64,000 bases of DNA from Mobula hypostoma (taxonomy: Eukaryota), in NCBI RefSeq assembly GCF_963921235.1, contig NC_086118.1, forward strand, positions 29,080,001 to 29,144,000, written 5' to 3'. The notes below the pieces were generated by a model. That model had not been told where the DNA came from, ran no database searches, and saw only the letters and a list, made by a program, of their open reading frames with translations. Position 1 is the first letter of the stretch, and every line of letters begins with the position of its first letter. The position numbers and the translations under genes were made by a program. Below, in pieces: positions 38,679-51,009 of this stretch.

Positions 38679-38714
38679 AGTCCTGACGAAGGGTTCCGGC
38701 CCGAAACGTCGACT
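38679..38714 (+). ncRNA. Minimal type I hammerhead ribozyme motif (intact core)
   Basis: agtc-CTGACGA-a-ggg-ttccgg-ccc-GAAA-C-GTC-gact; predicted cleavage after 38710. Confidence 0.85.
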
Positions 38715-39741
38715 CATCATTTCCACGATGCTCCCCGACCTGCTGATTTCCTCCAGCGTGTTGTGAGTGTTGCTTTGATCCCAGCATCTGCAGATCATTT
38801 TGTGTTTATTATCCTGATTAATATTCTTTTCCTCCAACTGGTGTGATGAACTCTGCTACAGCCCACAAAAGAAGGTAGGTCTGATCCAACCTAGAGAAGG
38901 TTGATTTGGTGGTCATATCCTTTGTACAGAGAGGGAGGATCTGATGAATTTTTCTGAAAGATGAGAGAGGAGCTATTTACTTCTCGCTAAAGTGACCTGT
39001 CCTCCCTTCAGCTTTCGGCTTTCTGAGGCTTGTAAAACTGAAGTGGCAGTAGTTAATCCAGAAAAGCGGATTAAATTAGGAAGCAGCTAGCCTCATCAAT
39101 AACATAAATTACCAATCTGCCTCCTGGAATGAGATTAGCTGCCTGTCTCTTGCACAGCTCTGAGGTGAATGGATTGGGTTTGGGGTTGGCTAGGGTTTCA
39201 AGATTTTAATTAGAAACTCATTCTGTAATTTGATCCCCACCTGTCTTTTGATGTTAAAATTCAGCCTACTGAGGAAACTGCATTGTGGAATCGTAGCTGG
39301 CATTTTTGTTTCATTCCTCTCTAGATCATGAACATTAGGAAATAGAATTAGTCTGCTCTCTGTAGGTATATCTTGTTGCTCCATTCATATTAATGTTAAC
39401 TTCCAGCAATTACCACAACAGCTTTCAAAACACAAAACAACCAAGATGAAGGCCGGTATTTGCTCTGACACCAACAGCAAGGACCATTGCATATAATCCT
39501 CACTTTGTATTGATCCCAAAGCACCAATACTAATTTAACCTAAGCACCTATTAGCACAGCACGCTCTAGCATTCACACTGATGGCAATTTTGAAAACAAT
39601 TGGCTGCAAATAGCTATCTAGCTCTCTATAGGGTTTTAGCACCAGGTACCCTCTTCCCCCATCTGGTACCTTATACAGAAAAAAGTTGACAATCATGGTA
39701 CAACATAATAGATAATTGAGATGTGATCATTTTTATGACTT

Positions 39742-40028
39742 GCATGGTAGTGTAATTTTTAGCACACCGCTTTACAGTACAGCGACCAGGGTTCCGTTCC
39801 TGCCGCTGTCTTTAAGGAGTTCATACACTTTCATCATGACCACGGGGGTTTTCTCTGGGTGCTCCATTTTCATCCCACAGTCCAAAGAAATACTGGTTGG
39901 TAGGTTAATTAGTCATTGTAAATTGTCCAATGATTAGGCTGGATTAAATCAGGGGATTTATGGGCATTGTGGCTCAAAGGGTCGAAAAGGTTATTCTGCA
40001 CTGTATCTCAATAAATAAATAAATAAAA
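39742..40028 (+). mobile_element. V-domain (HE1-like) SINE
   Basis: tRNA-like head (gcatggtagtgta...cagggttccgttcc), V core (gggtgctccattttcatcccacagtccaaaga), tail ctgtatctc(aata)n. Confidence 0.85.
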
Positions 40029-42124
40029 TTCAGTCTGGTTCTTTGTCATATGAGTGAACTTCTAACTGTAGGGCTGCAAATTAATGCATTCTAGTTGGTG
40101 GAATATAACTTCGTTGATTCACAGAAATAACAGGAAGTGTTGAAACCATTTGGTCTGCTCCACCAGCATTACTTTTGTGTTTTCACTAGGACTGTGTAAT
40201 TCACTGGAGCTGTATTCTCACATTCCTCTGGCCTTTGAATATGATTCTGCCAATCTTACTTAAAAAAATCACTCTCGATTCTTCTTTTCTGTGCCTAAAA
40301 TCAAGAACCTTCGAAATAAAATCTCTAGTTTGCAAAAATATTTGCAAACTCACCTTTGGAAAATATAATTAAATTCTCGAGGGAGTACTAACAGATCCAA
40401 CAGCAGCAGATTAATGGATGTTTATGAAACCTTTTCATTACTCTTGAGTAGCAGCAGTTTGAACTCTCAACAAACATTTACAAAATTCTTCATTTTATTA
40501 TCAGACGCGATAAGGATATTACATTAAATATTTTCACAGTATGCTTTTTTAAAATTTTCTGCCCAGTATTCCTCCATTTTTGATAACATGAGATAAAGTG
40601 ATGTGAGTCCGTGTTTATGCGACAAGTAAGCGTGAACACAAATAAACATTGAAGGTCTAATGTAGAGTCAAGTTGCCCAACATGAGATTTGATCTTAACA
40701 AACTTCATGAGCAATATGAAAGTGGAAGTTATGCATTAATTAAGCAGCAATGTTTCTTGGCTGAGACCGGTTTCTGTTTTGAAGAATGAAGCCTGCTCGT
40801 TTTATTCAAATTCACAGAAAACAAAAAGGAGAAAGATCTGTGGGAAGTTAAGAATTCAAATCCCATTAACCTAATAAATAGTTTGTCGTGACTTCGCTTT
40901 AAGTTTTAAATAAATATCTGCCCTCTTATCTAGCCTTACAGGGAAAAATAGAAATGTCTGTGTTGACAAATCCTTGCATACAAACAGCTTTTATTTGGAT
41001 GTAAATTAGGGGAATTAATAAGATTGTTTCCTGCCCTGTACATGTGACATTTCTGCTCTGTGTATGCAGCAGATGAAATATCAGATGTGTGCACAGTTTG
41101 GTGCACTGCTGGGTTCAATAAACTTTAGTAAGTTCATAGACTTAATAGTCAAATTATATTGTAATAGGATTGTACATTACTGTTATTTACACATTCTCAG
41201 CTCATCATCCAAGTGTTCAGATATTAACCTTTTGAGATGGAAGGTAACATTGTAATATGCCTGTTGCATTATTATTGCAGTGCCATGCATTGCAAAATAT
41301 ATTCATGAAAACAAAGAAGAAAGAAAAAACTGTAAAATCTAGAATCTGGGCTGCAAATGTTCACCTCATCCACGTTAATGCATTAAGCTGCTCAGTCCTA
41401 AATTACTACTTTAAAGCTTGATAGGTTAAAGGTGATTTATCTTTTTGGAACAATACCTGAACTGAAGCGATAATGCACACATGTAGTAGTACCATCTAAC
41501 ATTTGAGGAAAATGATTAATCATTTCTGACATTGCATTCTGATTACAGATCCCCATCACAAGAGCTTAATATTCGTTCTGCAAATTTTCTGTGTTGAACT
41601 GAACAGACCAATTTGTACGGTTGTAATTTTGAAGGATCAAGATGCAAGGATATTGTAGAAAAATTAACTTATGTAAATTGTCACACATTAATTTAAGAAT
41701 GGGTTTATTCAGATTACATAGACAATAACAACTTCCTGTCATGAAAATCATTTGTCATCATGATCAATTAGTGTTCAAATTATTGTTAAAAGATAGTAAA
41801 AATTAATTATATACGTTTTGTGCAAGGATAAATGTTCCCACAATCTCAGGTAACCTGATAACCTGGAACATAACAGGCAGGGGTTTTAAGACTCCAGGTC
41901 TTGAAGGGAAAGATGATGCGGGAAGAAGCAGCAAGGAATTTGACGGTGAGGGGGAAATGGTTTCAGAAGCAGCATGGTTGAGCAATGTAAGATTTGAAGG
42001 GGTTAGACCTTTGCTGTTCAGACGGTGGGAGTGTCACGCTTGGGGTTGTGCAGCCTGGTACTTGTTTCTAAAAATATTGACTGCTTTAGAACTGTGAATA
42101 TCAATACAATTTATTGGTAAATTG

Positions 42125-43350
42125 GGTTATTATTGGAATTGGAATTGGTTTATTCTTGTCACATGAACTGAGATAAAGTGAAAAGCTTATCTTGCATACC
42201 ATCTGTATAGATCAGATCCTTACACTGTGCATTGAGGTAGAACAAGGTAAACCAATAATAAAATAATGCAAAATAAAATATAACAGCAACAGAGGAAGTA
42301 AACTGAGGGTAAACTATAGGGTGCAAGGTTATAACAAGGTAACTTAAGGTCAAGCGTCCATCTTATTGTACCAGGGAACTATTCAATAGTCTTATAGCAG
42401 TGGGGAAGACGCTGTCCTTGAACCTGGTGCTATGTGATGTCAGGTTTTTGATGGAAGAGCAGGGGAGAGAGAAAATGGTCAGGGTGGGTGAAGTCTTTGA
42501 TTACACTGGCTGCTTTACTGATGCCGCGAGAAGTGTAGACAGAGTCCATGAAGGGGAGGTTGGTTTCTGTGCTGTGTTGAGCTGTGTCCACAAACCTCTG
42601 TAGTTTCTTGTGGCCATGGGCATAGCAGTTTCAATACCAAGCTGTGCTGCATCCCGATAGGATCATAGATAAAAGTTGGTAATGATTGACAGGTGTGTGC
42701 CAAATTCCTTTAGGCTCGCTGAGGCCAAGACAAGCTATTGGTGATGTTCACTCCTAGAAACTCTCAATCCTCCCAACTTCAGTGCTGTTGATGTAAACAG
42801 GAGTATGTGTACCACCTCCCTTCCAGAAGGCAAACACCAGCATTTTTGTTCTGCTGACATTGAGAGAAAGGATGTTGTCATGACAGCATGTCATTTGGCA
42901 CTTATTTCTTTCCTGTGTCAGATTCATTGTTATCTGAGTTACAATGGTGTCATCTGCAAACTGTAGATAGAGTGGGAGCAGAATCTGGCCATGCATTTGT
43001 GACTGTACAGGGATAGAGTAGGGGCCTGAGGACTTAGCCTTGTATGGCACCAGTGTTGAGGATAATCATGGTGGTGGTGTTTCTGCCTATCACTACTGAT
43101 TTCAGTCTACTGGGGTCAGGAACCCTAAGATCCAGTTGTAGAGGGAACTGTTGACACCCAGGTCCAGGAGTTCAGAGATAAGTTTGCTTGGAATTATAGT
43201 ATTGAAGGTGGAACTGTATAAAATAAACAATAGTCGAAAGTACTTACCTTTACTGTCCAGATGCTTCAGAAATGAGTGTAAGACCAAAGAGATGGCAACT
43301 ACCATCGACCTGTTTCAATGGTAGGTGACTTGCAATATGGCGAAGCTGTC
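42125..43350 (-). mobile_element. Rex1/Babar-type LINE with RT remnant
   Basis: AISLVLHSFLKHLDSKGKYFRLLFI..SSTFNTIIP, FADDT, LNVSRTKML; (attgga)n tail. Confidence 0.88.
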
Positions 43351-44039
43351 TGGGAGCCTTTCCTACCAAATTACAAGCCTTTCTTTGAGAATTGAATTCT
43401 CATCTTGATAAAGAAACAAATTGACTGCTGAAGAGAACAAGATAAATTATTTCCAATGATTTGATTGGCTGGCAATTCTAATGAAAGTTTGTCAGCCTGG
43501 AACATCTTTCTTCTTCACTGCTGAGAATTTCTACCATTTGATGTGTGCTTCTCAGATTTTGCAAAGGATGGGAAGATTGCTGTAGACAGAGAGGGTAAAG
43601 ATCAAAACCAAAGGAATAGCTTCTTCACCCCCAGTTACATTCTTCTCATCTCATTGTCTTTTTCTCATCTGTAGCTATGTTTATCTCTTAATACGGTCCC
43701 TGGTGGTTGTTGAAGGTCTTTAGCTTGTCCCTTTAGCTGAACACCAATACTGTTTTCATAGTTACCACACATTATTGAATTTATATAATGATATTTTTGT
43801 TGGTTCTTTGCAAGTAAGAATAAATTTATTTGCAATAATACTAAAGATTTTATGAAGATTTTACAAACCTTAATTAAAAAAGGTTGTCTTTATGTTATTC
43901 ATGCTAAGTACGTGAAATGAGGTCACTTGTGTGTTGTGCATGGTTTTGAACTTTGTTTTCACTTAAATCACTTTAAATGAACTTTGTTAGAGAAGTTTCA
44001 GCATCTATGTGGATAGCAGATGCAGCCAATGGCAGATTT

Positions 44040-44420
44040 TTATCCTAAGAGATCCATTACACTACAGGGATTGAAAAAATTTTACCAGACAAACAAATGC
44101 AGTGCTGACAGAGTCTTCTTTTGAAGATGCCATCTTTCCAAAAAGATACGAAAATGAGATTCTGTCTGTTCTCTAAAATTAATACAAAATATCCTATGGT
44201 GTATTTGAAAAGGATCATAGAAGCTATTTCATTGTTCTGATCAATGACTATGCTTCAAAGTAAAGCAGTTTAATTGGTTATGTATCTTTTTACTGTTTGA
44301 GGACAAAGCTGTGCATAAATTGGGTGCTAAGATCTCACACAATAGTAATTAATTGGCATTGAAGTACAACACAATATCTTTTGGTCCTGAAAGATGCTGT
44401 GCATATGCAAGTTCTTCCTT
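44040..44420 (+). mobile_element. Ancient SINE, probably Deu-domain type with L2-like tail
   Basis: gatgccatctttc...gagattctgtctgttctc...atcctatggtgtatttgaaaagga... ending gtcctgaaagatgctgtgcatatgcaagttcttcc. Confidence 0.5.
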
Positions 44421-45209
44421 CCTACAGCTAGTTCTACCTTTCTTTCTGAGTTAAAGTCAGCCTGATAGAGAAGGAAACTGACAGATGAAAATCATATTAA
44501 AACATTAATATTATTGGCTCTTTTGACCAGCCATTATTGCAAAATGCTTACTTAAAAATATTCAGCATTGTTATTTCTCATTCTGATTTGTTACTTAGCT
44601 TGTCATTTGTTACTTGGCATGTACCTTGTTAGATGTGACTTGTTAAGTTTTTATGAAGTTCAGCACATTAGCTGCCAGTGACAGAAATTTTCAAGACTGA
44701 TACTGAACTTTAACAAGCAAATTGTGCTGAAACAAGATCTTAATATATTCCAGTTGACTTCCCCTTTCCCACACCCTTTTGGGAATACTTTGAGCAAAGC
44801 AGATAATTTTTCAGTAAGGGTGATATAAATCATATTTGCCAACAATTTTACAATATCTAGACATCTAAATATCCAAAAATATCTGTTTTACTAGTGTTCA
44901 AAAATAGGTACGTGGATAGGAAAGATCTGGAAAGATATACGCCAAATGCAAACAACTTTGACTAGCAAGGGTAGGCACTTTGGTCAGCGTGAATGAGTTA
45001 GAGTGAAGAGGCATGTTTCCATGCAGTTTAACCCCATGACTCCATGACCTGACAAGTGAGAAATCAGAGATTACTACAGAAAGTGTTTGAAGCTACTTTG
45101 CAAGCCTAAGTTTCTTGTTTTCCAGATTTTTAGAAATGTTTCAACTGTTTTTGTGTACCTTTGATTATGGTTTCTTGCTGTTGGTTTGGGTACTTTCCTC
45201 ATCTTTGAC

Positions 45210-45905
45210 ATACAACTATAAGACCCTCTCAACCCCATTCTCCTGCCTTATTCATATAACCTTTGATACCCTTAGTAATCAAGAACCTACCAACTTCAGC
45301 TTTAATTATGCCTCTACAGCCATCTGTAGCAATAAATTCCACAGACTCACCATCCTTTGGCTTAAGAAATTCCTCCTCATCCTTGTTCAAAATAGACGTC
45401 CCTCTATTCTGAGGCTGTGACTTCTGTACCCTCAAGTCCCCTACTATAGGTAACATGCTCTCCACATCCACTCGACCTAGACCGTTCAATATTTGATTGG
45501 TTTCATTGAGATCCTTCTTCATGACATGCTACTGTGGGACGGCACGGTACGTAGTGTTAGCACAACGCTTTACAGCACAGGCGACCCAGGTTCAATTCCC
45601 ACCACAGCCTGTAAGGAGTTTTTACATTCTCTCCAGGACCGCAAGGGTTTCCTCCGGGTGCTCCGGTTTCCTCCCGTAGTCGAAAGACATATCAGCTGTT
45701 AGGTTAATTGGTCGTTGTAAATTGTCCTGTGATTAGGCCAGGATTAAATCTAGTGATGTCTGGGTGGCGTGGCTCAAAGGGCTGGAAGGCCCTATTCTGC
45801 ACTGTATCTCAATAACTAACCAAATAAAATTCCTCTAAGCTCTAGCGAGTACCGGCCTACAGCCATCAAACGCTCCTCATATGTTAACCCTTTCATTCCC
45901 TGCAT
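45210..45905 (-). mobile_element. CR1 3' fragment interrupted by a SINE
   Basis: ORF 45229-45522 (DLNETNQILNGLGRVDVE); CR1 sequence resumes at about 45830 (ctcctcatatgttaaccctttcattccc). Confidence 0.85.
45535..45828 (+). mobile_element. V-domain (HE1-like) SINE
   Basis: ggcacggtacgtagtgttagc (A box-like), ggttcaattcc (B box), gggtttcctccgggtgctccggtttcctccc (V core). Confidence 0.9.
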
Positions 45906-46589
45906 TAACCCTATTTTAGCAGTTATATATTAAGGCTTATAAAATGCGAATGAAAACAGGGATTTGATGCACCAGGTGTTAAATCAAAACTATTTTTATT
46001 CTATTGCTTGGTGATCTCCTGTGTGCTGATCAGCAATGCACTGCTTAGGAAAAGAGGATTGTATCACCTGATGCATTACACTGTTGCTAAGGCAGAACAT
46101 TACTTACGCTGCCCTGTCCCTTAAGAGCAGAGGTTCTTGGTTCTAATAATAAACACAGCCTGAGGTCTCTGTGTTTAATTGTTCCTGGATCAGAGCTCTT
46201 TACAAATTGAAAAGTGATTGTTTTGACTGCAGGTCGACACTGCACTAAGTAACATACTTTGCCTTGCTTTGTGTCATTACTGAGTTTGATTCTAGGACCT
46301 GATGAAGTAATTTTGAGATCCACTCCATTTTGCAACAGGGTACATGAAGGCTCAACCATTTTGCTGGAGTATGAAGTGTGCACCTGTGGAAATGAATTTA
46401 AAGAATCCCACTAAATAGTTTTTAGCAGAACCTTTTCCTTGAAATCTTTTAGGTTTGATTTGAGTAATCAAACAGTTGAAGACGTATGTTATTTTCCTGC
46501 TGAGGTCTATGATTTCCAGCCCAGTCTATCACATAAACCAGCCTCCCCTCTATTGACTCTGACTGCACTTCCCGCTGCCTGTGAAAAGC

Positions 46590-46965
46590 AGCCAGGAAAC
46601 TCAAAGACTCCTTCCATCCTAATCATTCTCTCTTCCCTCCCCTCTCCCACCAGGTAAAAGATACAATAGCTTCAGAACAAATAACACCAGACTTAAGGAC
46701 AGCTTCTATCCTGCCACTATAAGACTCTTAAATGTATGTCTTTTAAGATACAGAGGAACTCTTCATCTCTCAGTCTACTTTATTATGTTCTTGCACCTTA
46801 TTTATCTACCTGCACTTTCTCTGTAACTGTAAAACTCTATTCTGCATTCTGTTATTGTTTTCGTTTTGTTCTACCTTGACATACTTATGAATAGAATCAT
46901 CTCTCTGGATGCCATACAAACAAAAGCTTTTCACTGTCTCTTGCTACATATGACTATTACCAATT
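46590..46965 (+). mobile_element. Rex1/Babar-type LINE 3' fragment
   Basis: accagacttaaggacagcttctatcctgcc...caaaagcttttcactgtctc. Confidence 0.75.
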
Positions 46966-48854
46966 CTCAGAATTTTGTTGGGTAGGGATTTCCTAAATGA
47001 AAGCTCATTTACCCTTTCAAATGGAGGATGAATAAGGAGGATTAATAGAAACATAAATGATTTGAGAAGGATGGATGCAGATGTTCAGTTGTTACATTTG
47101 CTAGAAAGACACAGACCAATGCTGACCAAGGGATTAGCCTAATCAACGTTGCGGCAATCAGCTTCTTCACTTCACGTTCCATTGTAGTCTAAGGTACCAG
47201 GGCATCACTGATATTCTGCAGATGCAAACAGGAACTTTCTCCTCCACACATTCACTGCCATGTACCTGTTCACTGCTGTTGACGATGAATTCTCCCTTTT
47301 TGCACAAGTCATGAATTTCATCACCTATTTTGTTTTATTATTCATTCATTTTCTTTAAATACTGTACTGAAACGTGCTTTAGCATTTGTGTTTCTCTTTA
47401 TAAAACAATCAATAAGTATTTACCTTTTAAAAATGTTCACGTACAAGTTCTCACTGGTCTTATTTCTTGAGGCCAATATTGGCTGAGAGTTTGCCCACTG
47501 TATAAAAATGACTCTTTTGCACTAAAATAATTCGGTGTCAGTAAGACCATGATTAGCAAATGTGCTTTAGTTGCATCTCATATCGATAAGCTTTTGTGAA
47601 ATTATACAAAATTCAGAGGTAGATATAATGTGCAGTGCTTCATAGGGACGAGAACCAAAGTCAGGAAGGGTTTTGATAGTGCTAAATAAACACAAATAAA
47701 AAATTTGCTTCAGACACCAGGACAGACTAAAGTTTGAGCTTCACATGGAGAAAGAAATGTTGACAATCCAACAAGACTTTTCCAAGAATAGTGAAGTTAA
47801 TTTATTTAAGTCAGTTGTCAGATTGATTCTTTACTGACACCATTTGTAGGATTGTTTATTTCATGAGTAAACCTGCAGAATTTCTGCCTCAGCTTTCAAT
47901 CTGATTTATCCCCTCTTTTCATAAACTCTTCTCTAGAGAATGAAATTCTGAAATTCTATACAAATCTTTGTTCACATAAAATAAAATAAAAAACTTCTGT
48001 TGCCCTGGAAGTTAATACTGTGCTAAAACTGCCTTCTAAAATAATTCCATTCTGAATCCCCAGTAGTGCAGTAAATGGTTTGTAGTTTAGGTCTTTTCAG
48101 CTTGTTCAGGTTTCTTGCAAGTGTAATTAGGGATCAAGTTCATTGCCATAGTATGTGACTAATGCAGGCTGTGAGCAATAAAAGGGTTGGTTCTTTTAAT
48201 GAGCACTTTTGAAATGCAGACATCAGAAATCTTGGCATATAACTGAAAATAGAGATTTATTTATGCGTTATATAAAATAAGATTGCATATATTGTTTATC
48301 AAAATGGCAGGAAACTAACGTGAAAGCTTGTGGCATTGGTTTTAAATGGAGAATATCCACTGAAGATTCAACGGCGTACAGCATGCAGGATAAAGTTCAT
48401 TATTTGCACTGGGGGTGTGAATAGGGGTCTTCAAAACAGTTTCAACGTAAAGTTTGACAGCAAGCTTCAAATGAGAGTGGATGGCCATGTCCAAGGTCTG
48501 AATCAGGCTTGCACCATACAATGGAGTTCACAAATGAATGAAATCAAATAGAGTTTCTCAGTGGATTGGCAGCGAGTGGAGAAGGGGAAGAGACCGAACC
48601 TCCACACCAGCATTTTCTGCTTTGTTTCACATTTCCAGCTACTTGCAGAATGTTGTGTTTTTATCACAGATGAATGCATGCCGAAGTGCCCATAGCTATG
48701 TTTATGACTACAAAAATCAAGCAAGGTAACATTATAATTCCTAACACTGAAAAACATAAACATAATCCAGATATGGAAATGGATTTCAAACTTCTGTACA
48801 CAGTTTTAATGCGAGCCTAAATTCCTCTTTAATGATATCAGAACTTCTAATTCT

Positions 48855-50995
48855 CAGAATCAGAATCAGATTCACTGTCACTGACCTATGTCAGGAAATT
48901 TGCTGTTTCGTGGCAATACAGCGCAATACATAAAGATGGCTATAAGTTACAATAAAAATATATATATAAATAAATAATTAAGTAGAACAAAAAGAGAGCA
49001 AAATGTTGAGGTAGTGTTCATAGGTTCATAGACTGTTCAGAAATCTGATGGCAGATGGGAAGAAGCTGTTTCTGAAACACTGAGTGTGCATCTTCAGGCT
49101 GATGTACCTCCTCTCTGATGGTAAAAATGAGAACAGGTATCTCCTGGATGTTAAGAGTCCTTAACGATGGTTGTGTCTCCTGGAGGCACCACCTACTGAA
49201 GATATCCTCACTGGTGACGAGGGGCACGTGCATCCTTGAGCTAGCTAGGTCCACAACCCTCTGCAGCCTTTTTTAATCCTGTGCACTGGAGCCTCCATAC
49301 CAGGCAATGATGCAAACAGTCAGAATGTTCTCCATGGTACATTCTGAAGAATTTACAAGAGTCTTTGGTGCATACCAAATCTCCTCAAACTGCTAATGAA
49401 ATGTAGCTGCTGGCATGCCTTATTCAGGACTGCATCAATATGTTAGGCCCAGAGTAGATCCTCTGAGAAGTTGTCACCCAGGAACTTGAAGTTACTCAGC
49501 CTTTCCACCACTGACCCTTCAATGTGAATGATGTGTGTGTTCTCCTGACTTCCCCTTCCTGAAGTCCACAATCAATTCCTTGCTCTTACCGACATTAACT
49601 GCAAGGACCACTCAACTAGCCTATCTATCTCACTCCCATATACCTTTTTGTCATCATCTGAGATTCTGCCAACAACATTTGCATCATCAGCGAATTTATA
49701 GATGGTGTTTGAGCTGTGCCTAGGCACACAGTTGTGAGTCTAGAGAGAGTAAAGCAGTAGGCTAAGCACACATCCTGTGTTGATTGTCAGCGAAGTGGTG
49801 CTATTGTTTCCAATCTGCACTGACTGTTGTCTCCTGATGAGGAAGTCAAGGATTCACTTGCAGGGGAGGTACCAAGGCCAAGGTTTTGAAGCTTGCGATT
49901 AAGTACTGAGAAGATGATGGTGTTGAATGCTGAGTTGTAATCAATAAACAGCAGCCTGATAGTCATAGTCATAGTCATAATCATAGTCATACTTTATTGA
50001 TCCCGGGGGAAACTGGTTTTCGTTACAGTTGCACCATAAATAATTAAATAGTAATAAAACCATAAATAGTTAAATAGTAGTATGTAAATTATGCCAGAAA
50101 ATAAGTCCAGGACCAGCCTATTGGCTCAGGGTGTCTGACCCTCCAAGGGAGGAGTTGTAAAGTTTGATGGCCACAGGCAGGAATGACTTCCTATGAGACT
50201 CTGTGCTGCATCTTGGTGGAATGAGTCTCTGACTGAATGTACTCCTGTGCCCAACCAGTACATTATGTAGTGGATGGGAGACATTGTCCAAGATGGCATG
50301 CAACTTGGACAGCATCCTCTTTTCAGACACCACCGTCAGAGAGTCCAGTTCCATCCCCACAACTTCACTGGCCTTACGAATGAGTTTGTTGATTCTGTTG
50401 GTGTCTGCTACCCTCAGCCTGCTGCCCCAGCACACAACAGCAAACATGCTCGCACTGGCCACCACAGACTCGTAGAACAACCTCAGCATCATCCAGCAGA
50501 TGTTAAAGGACCTCAGTCTCCTCAGGAAATAGAGACGGCTCTGACCCTTTTTGTAGACAGCCTCAGTGTTCTTTGACCAGTCCGGTTTATTGTCAATTCA
50601 TATCCCCAGGTATTTGTAATCCTCCACCATGTCCACACTGACCCCCTGGATGGAAACAGGAGTCACCAGTACCTTAGCTCTCCTCAGGTCTACCACCAGC
50701 TCCTTAGTCTTTTTCACATTAAGCTGCAGATAATTCTGCTCACACCATGTGACAAAGTTTCCTACCGTAGCCCTGTACTCAGCCTCATCTCCCTTGCTGA
50801 TGCATCCAACTATGGCAGAGTCATCAGAAAACTTCTGAAGGTGACAAGACTCTGTGCAGTAGTTGAAGTCCGAGGTGTAAATGGTGAAGAGAAAGGGAGA
50901 CAAGACAGTCCCCTGTGGAGCCCCAGTGGAGCCCCATGTACGTATTGTTGTTGGCCAGGCCATGTGGAGAGTCAGTGAGATTACTTCTTCCATTA
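48855..50995 (-). mobile_element. Older Rex1/Babar-type LINE (48855-49958 plus 50936-50995), split by a younger Rex insertion
   Basis: (cagaat)n tail. IRLLFIDYNSAFNTI lies left of the insert and its upstream continuation (ISLTLH...NNNTY) lies right of it. Confidence 0.85.
49959..50935 (-). mobile_element. Younger Rex1/Babar LINE, 5'-truncated within RT
   Basis: ORFs 50598-50993 (TGAPQGTVLSPFLFTIYTSDF, KFSDDSAIVG, LNVKKTKELVVD, YKYLG) and 50118-50492; (atagtc)n tail; gtggagcccca duplicated at the 5' junction. Confidence 0.95.
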
Positions 50996-51009
50996 GACAT
51001 GTTGTCCTC

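Larger units (their letters stand above)
38350..38808. mobile_element. 459-bp PLE hairpin insertion with 14-bp TSD and an internal 80-bp tandem duplication
   Basis: Arms 38350 to about 38519 and about 38525-38773; 35-nt tail 38774-38808. TSD ttatcctgattaat at 38336-38349 and 38809-38822. Confidence 0.95.

Noticed and set aside
49959..49992. Short tandem repeats (atagtc)n, and (ttaga)n, (ttctatg)n, (cttatggt)n elsewhere, as a CRISPR-like or functional array
   Set aside because: These are the 3' microsatellite tails of Rex1/Babar and CR1 LINEs; there are no unique spacers.
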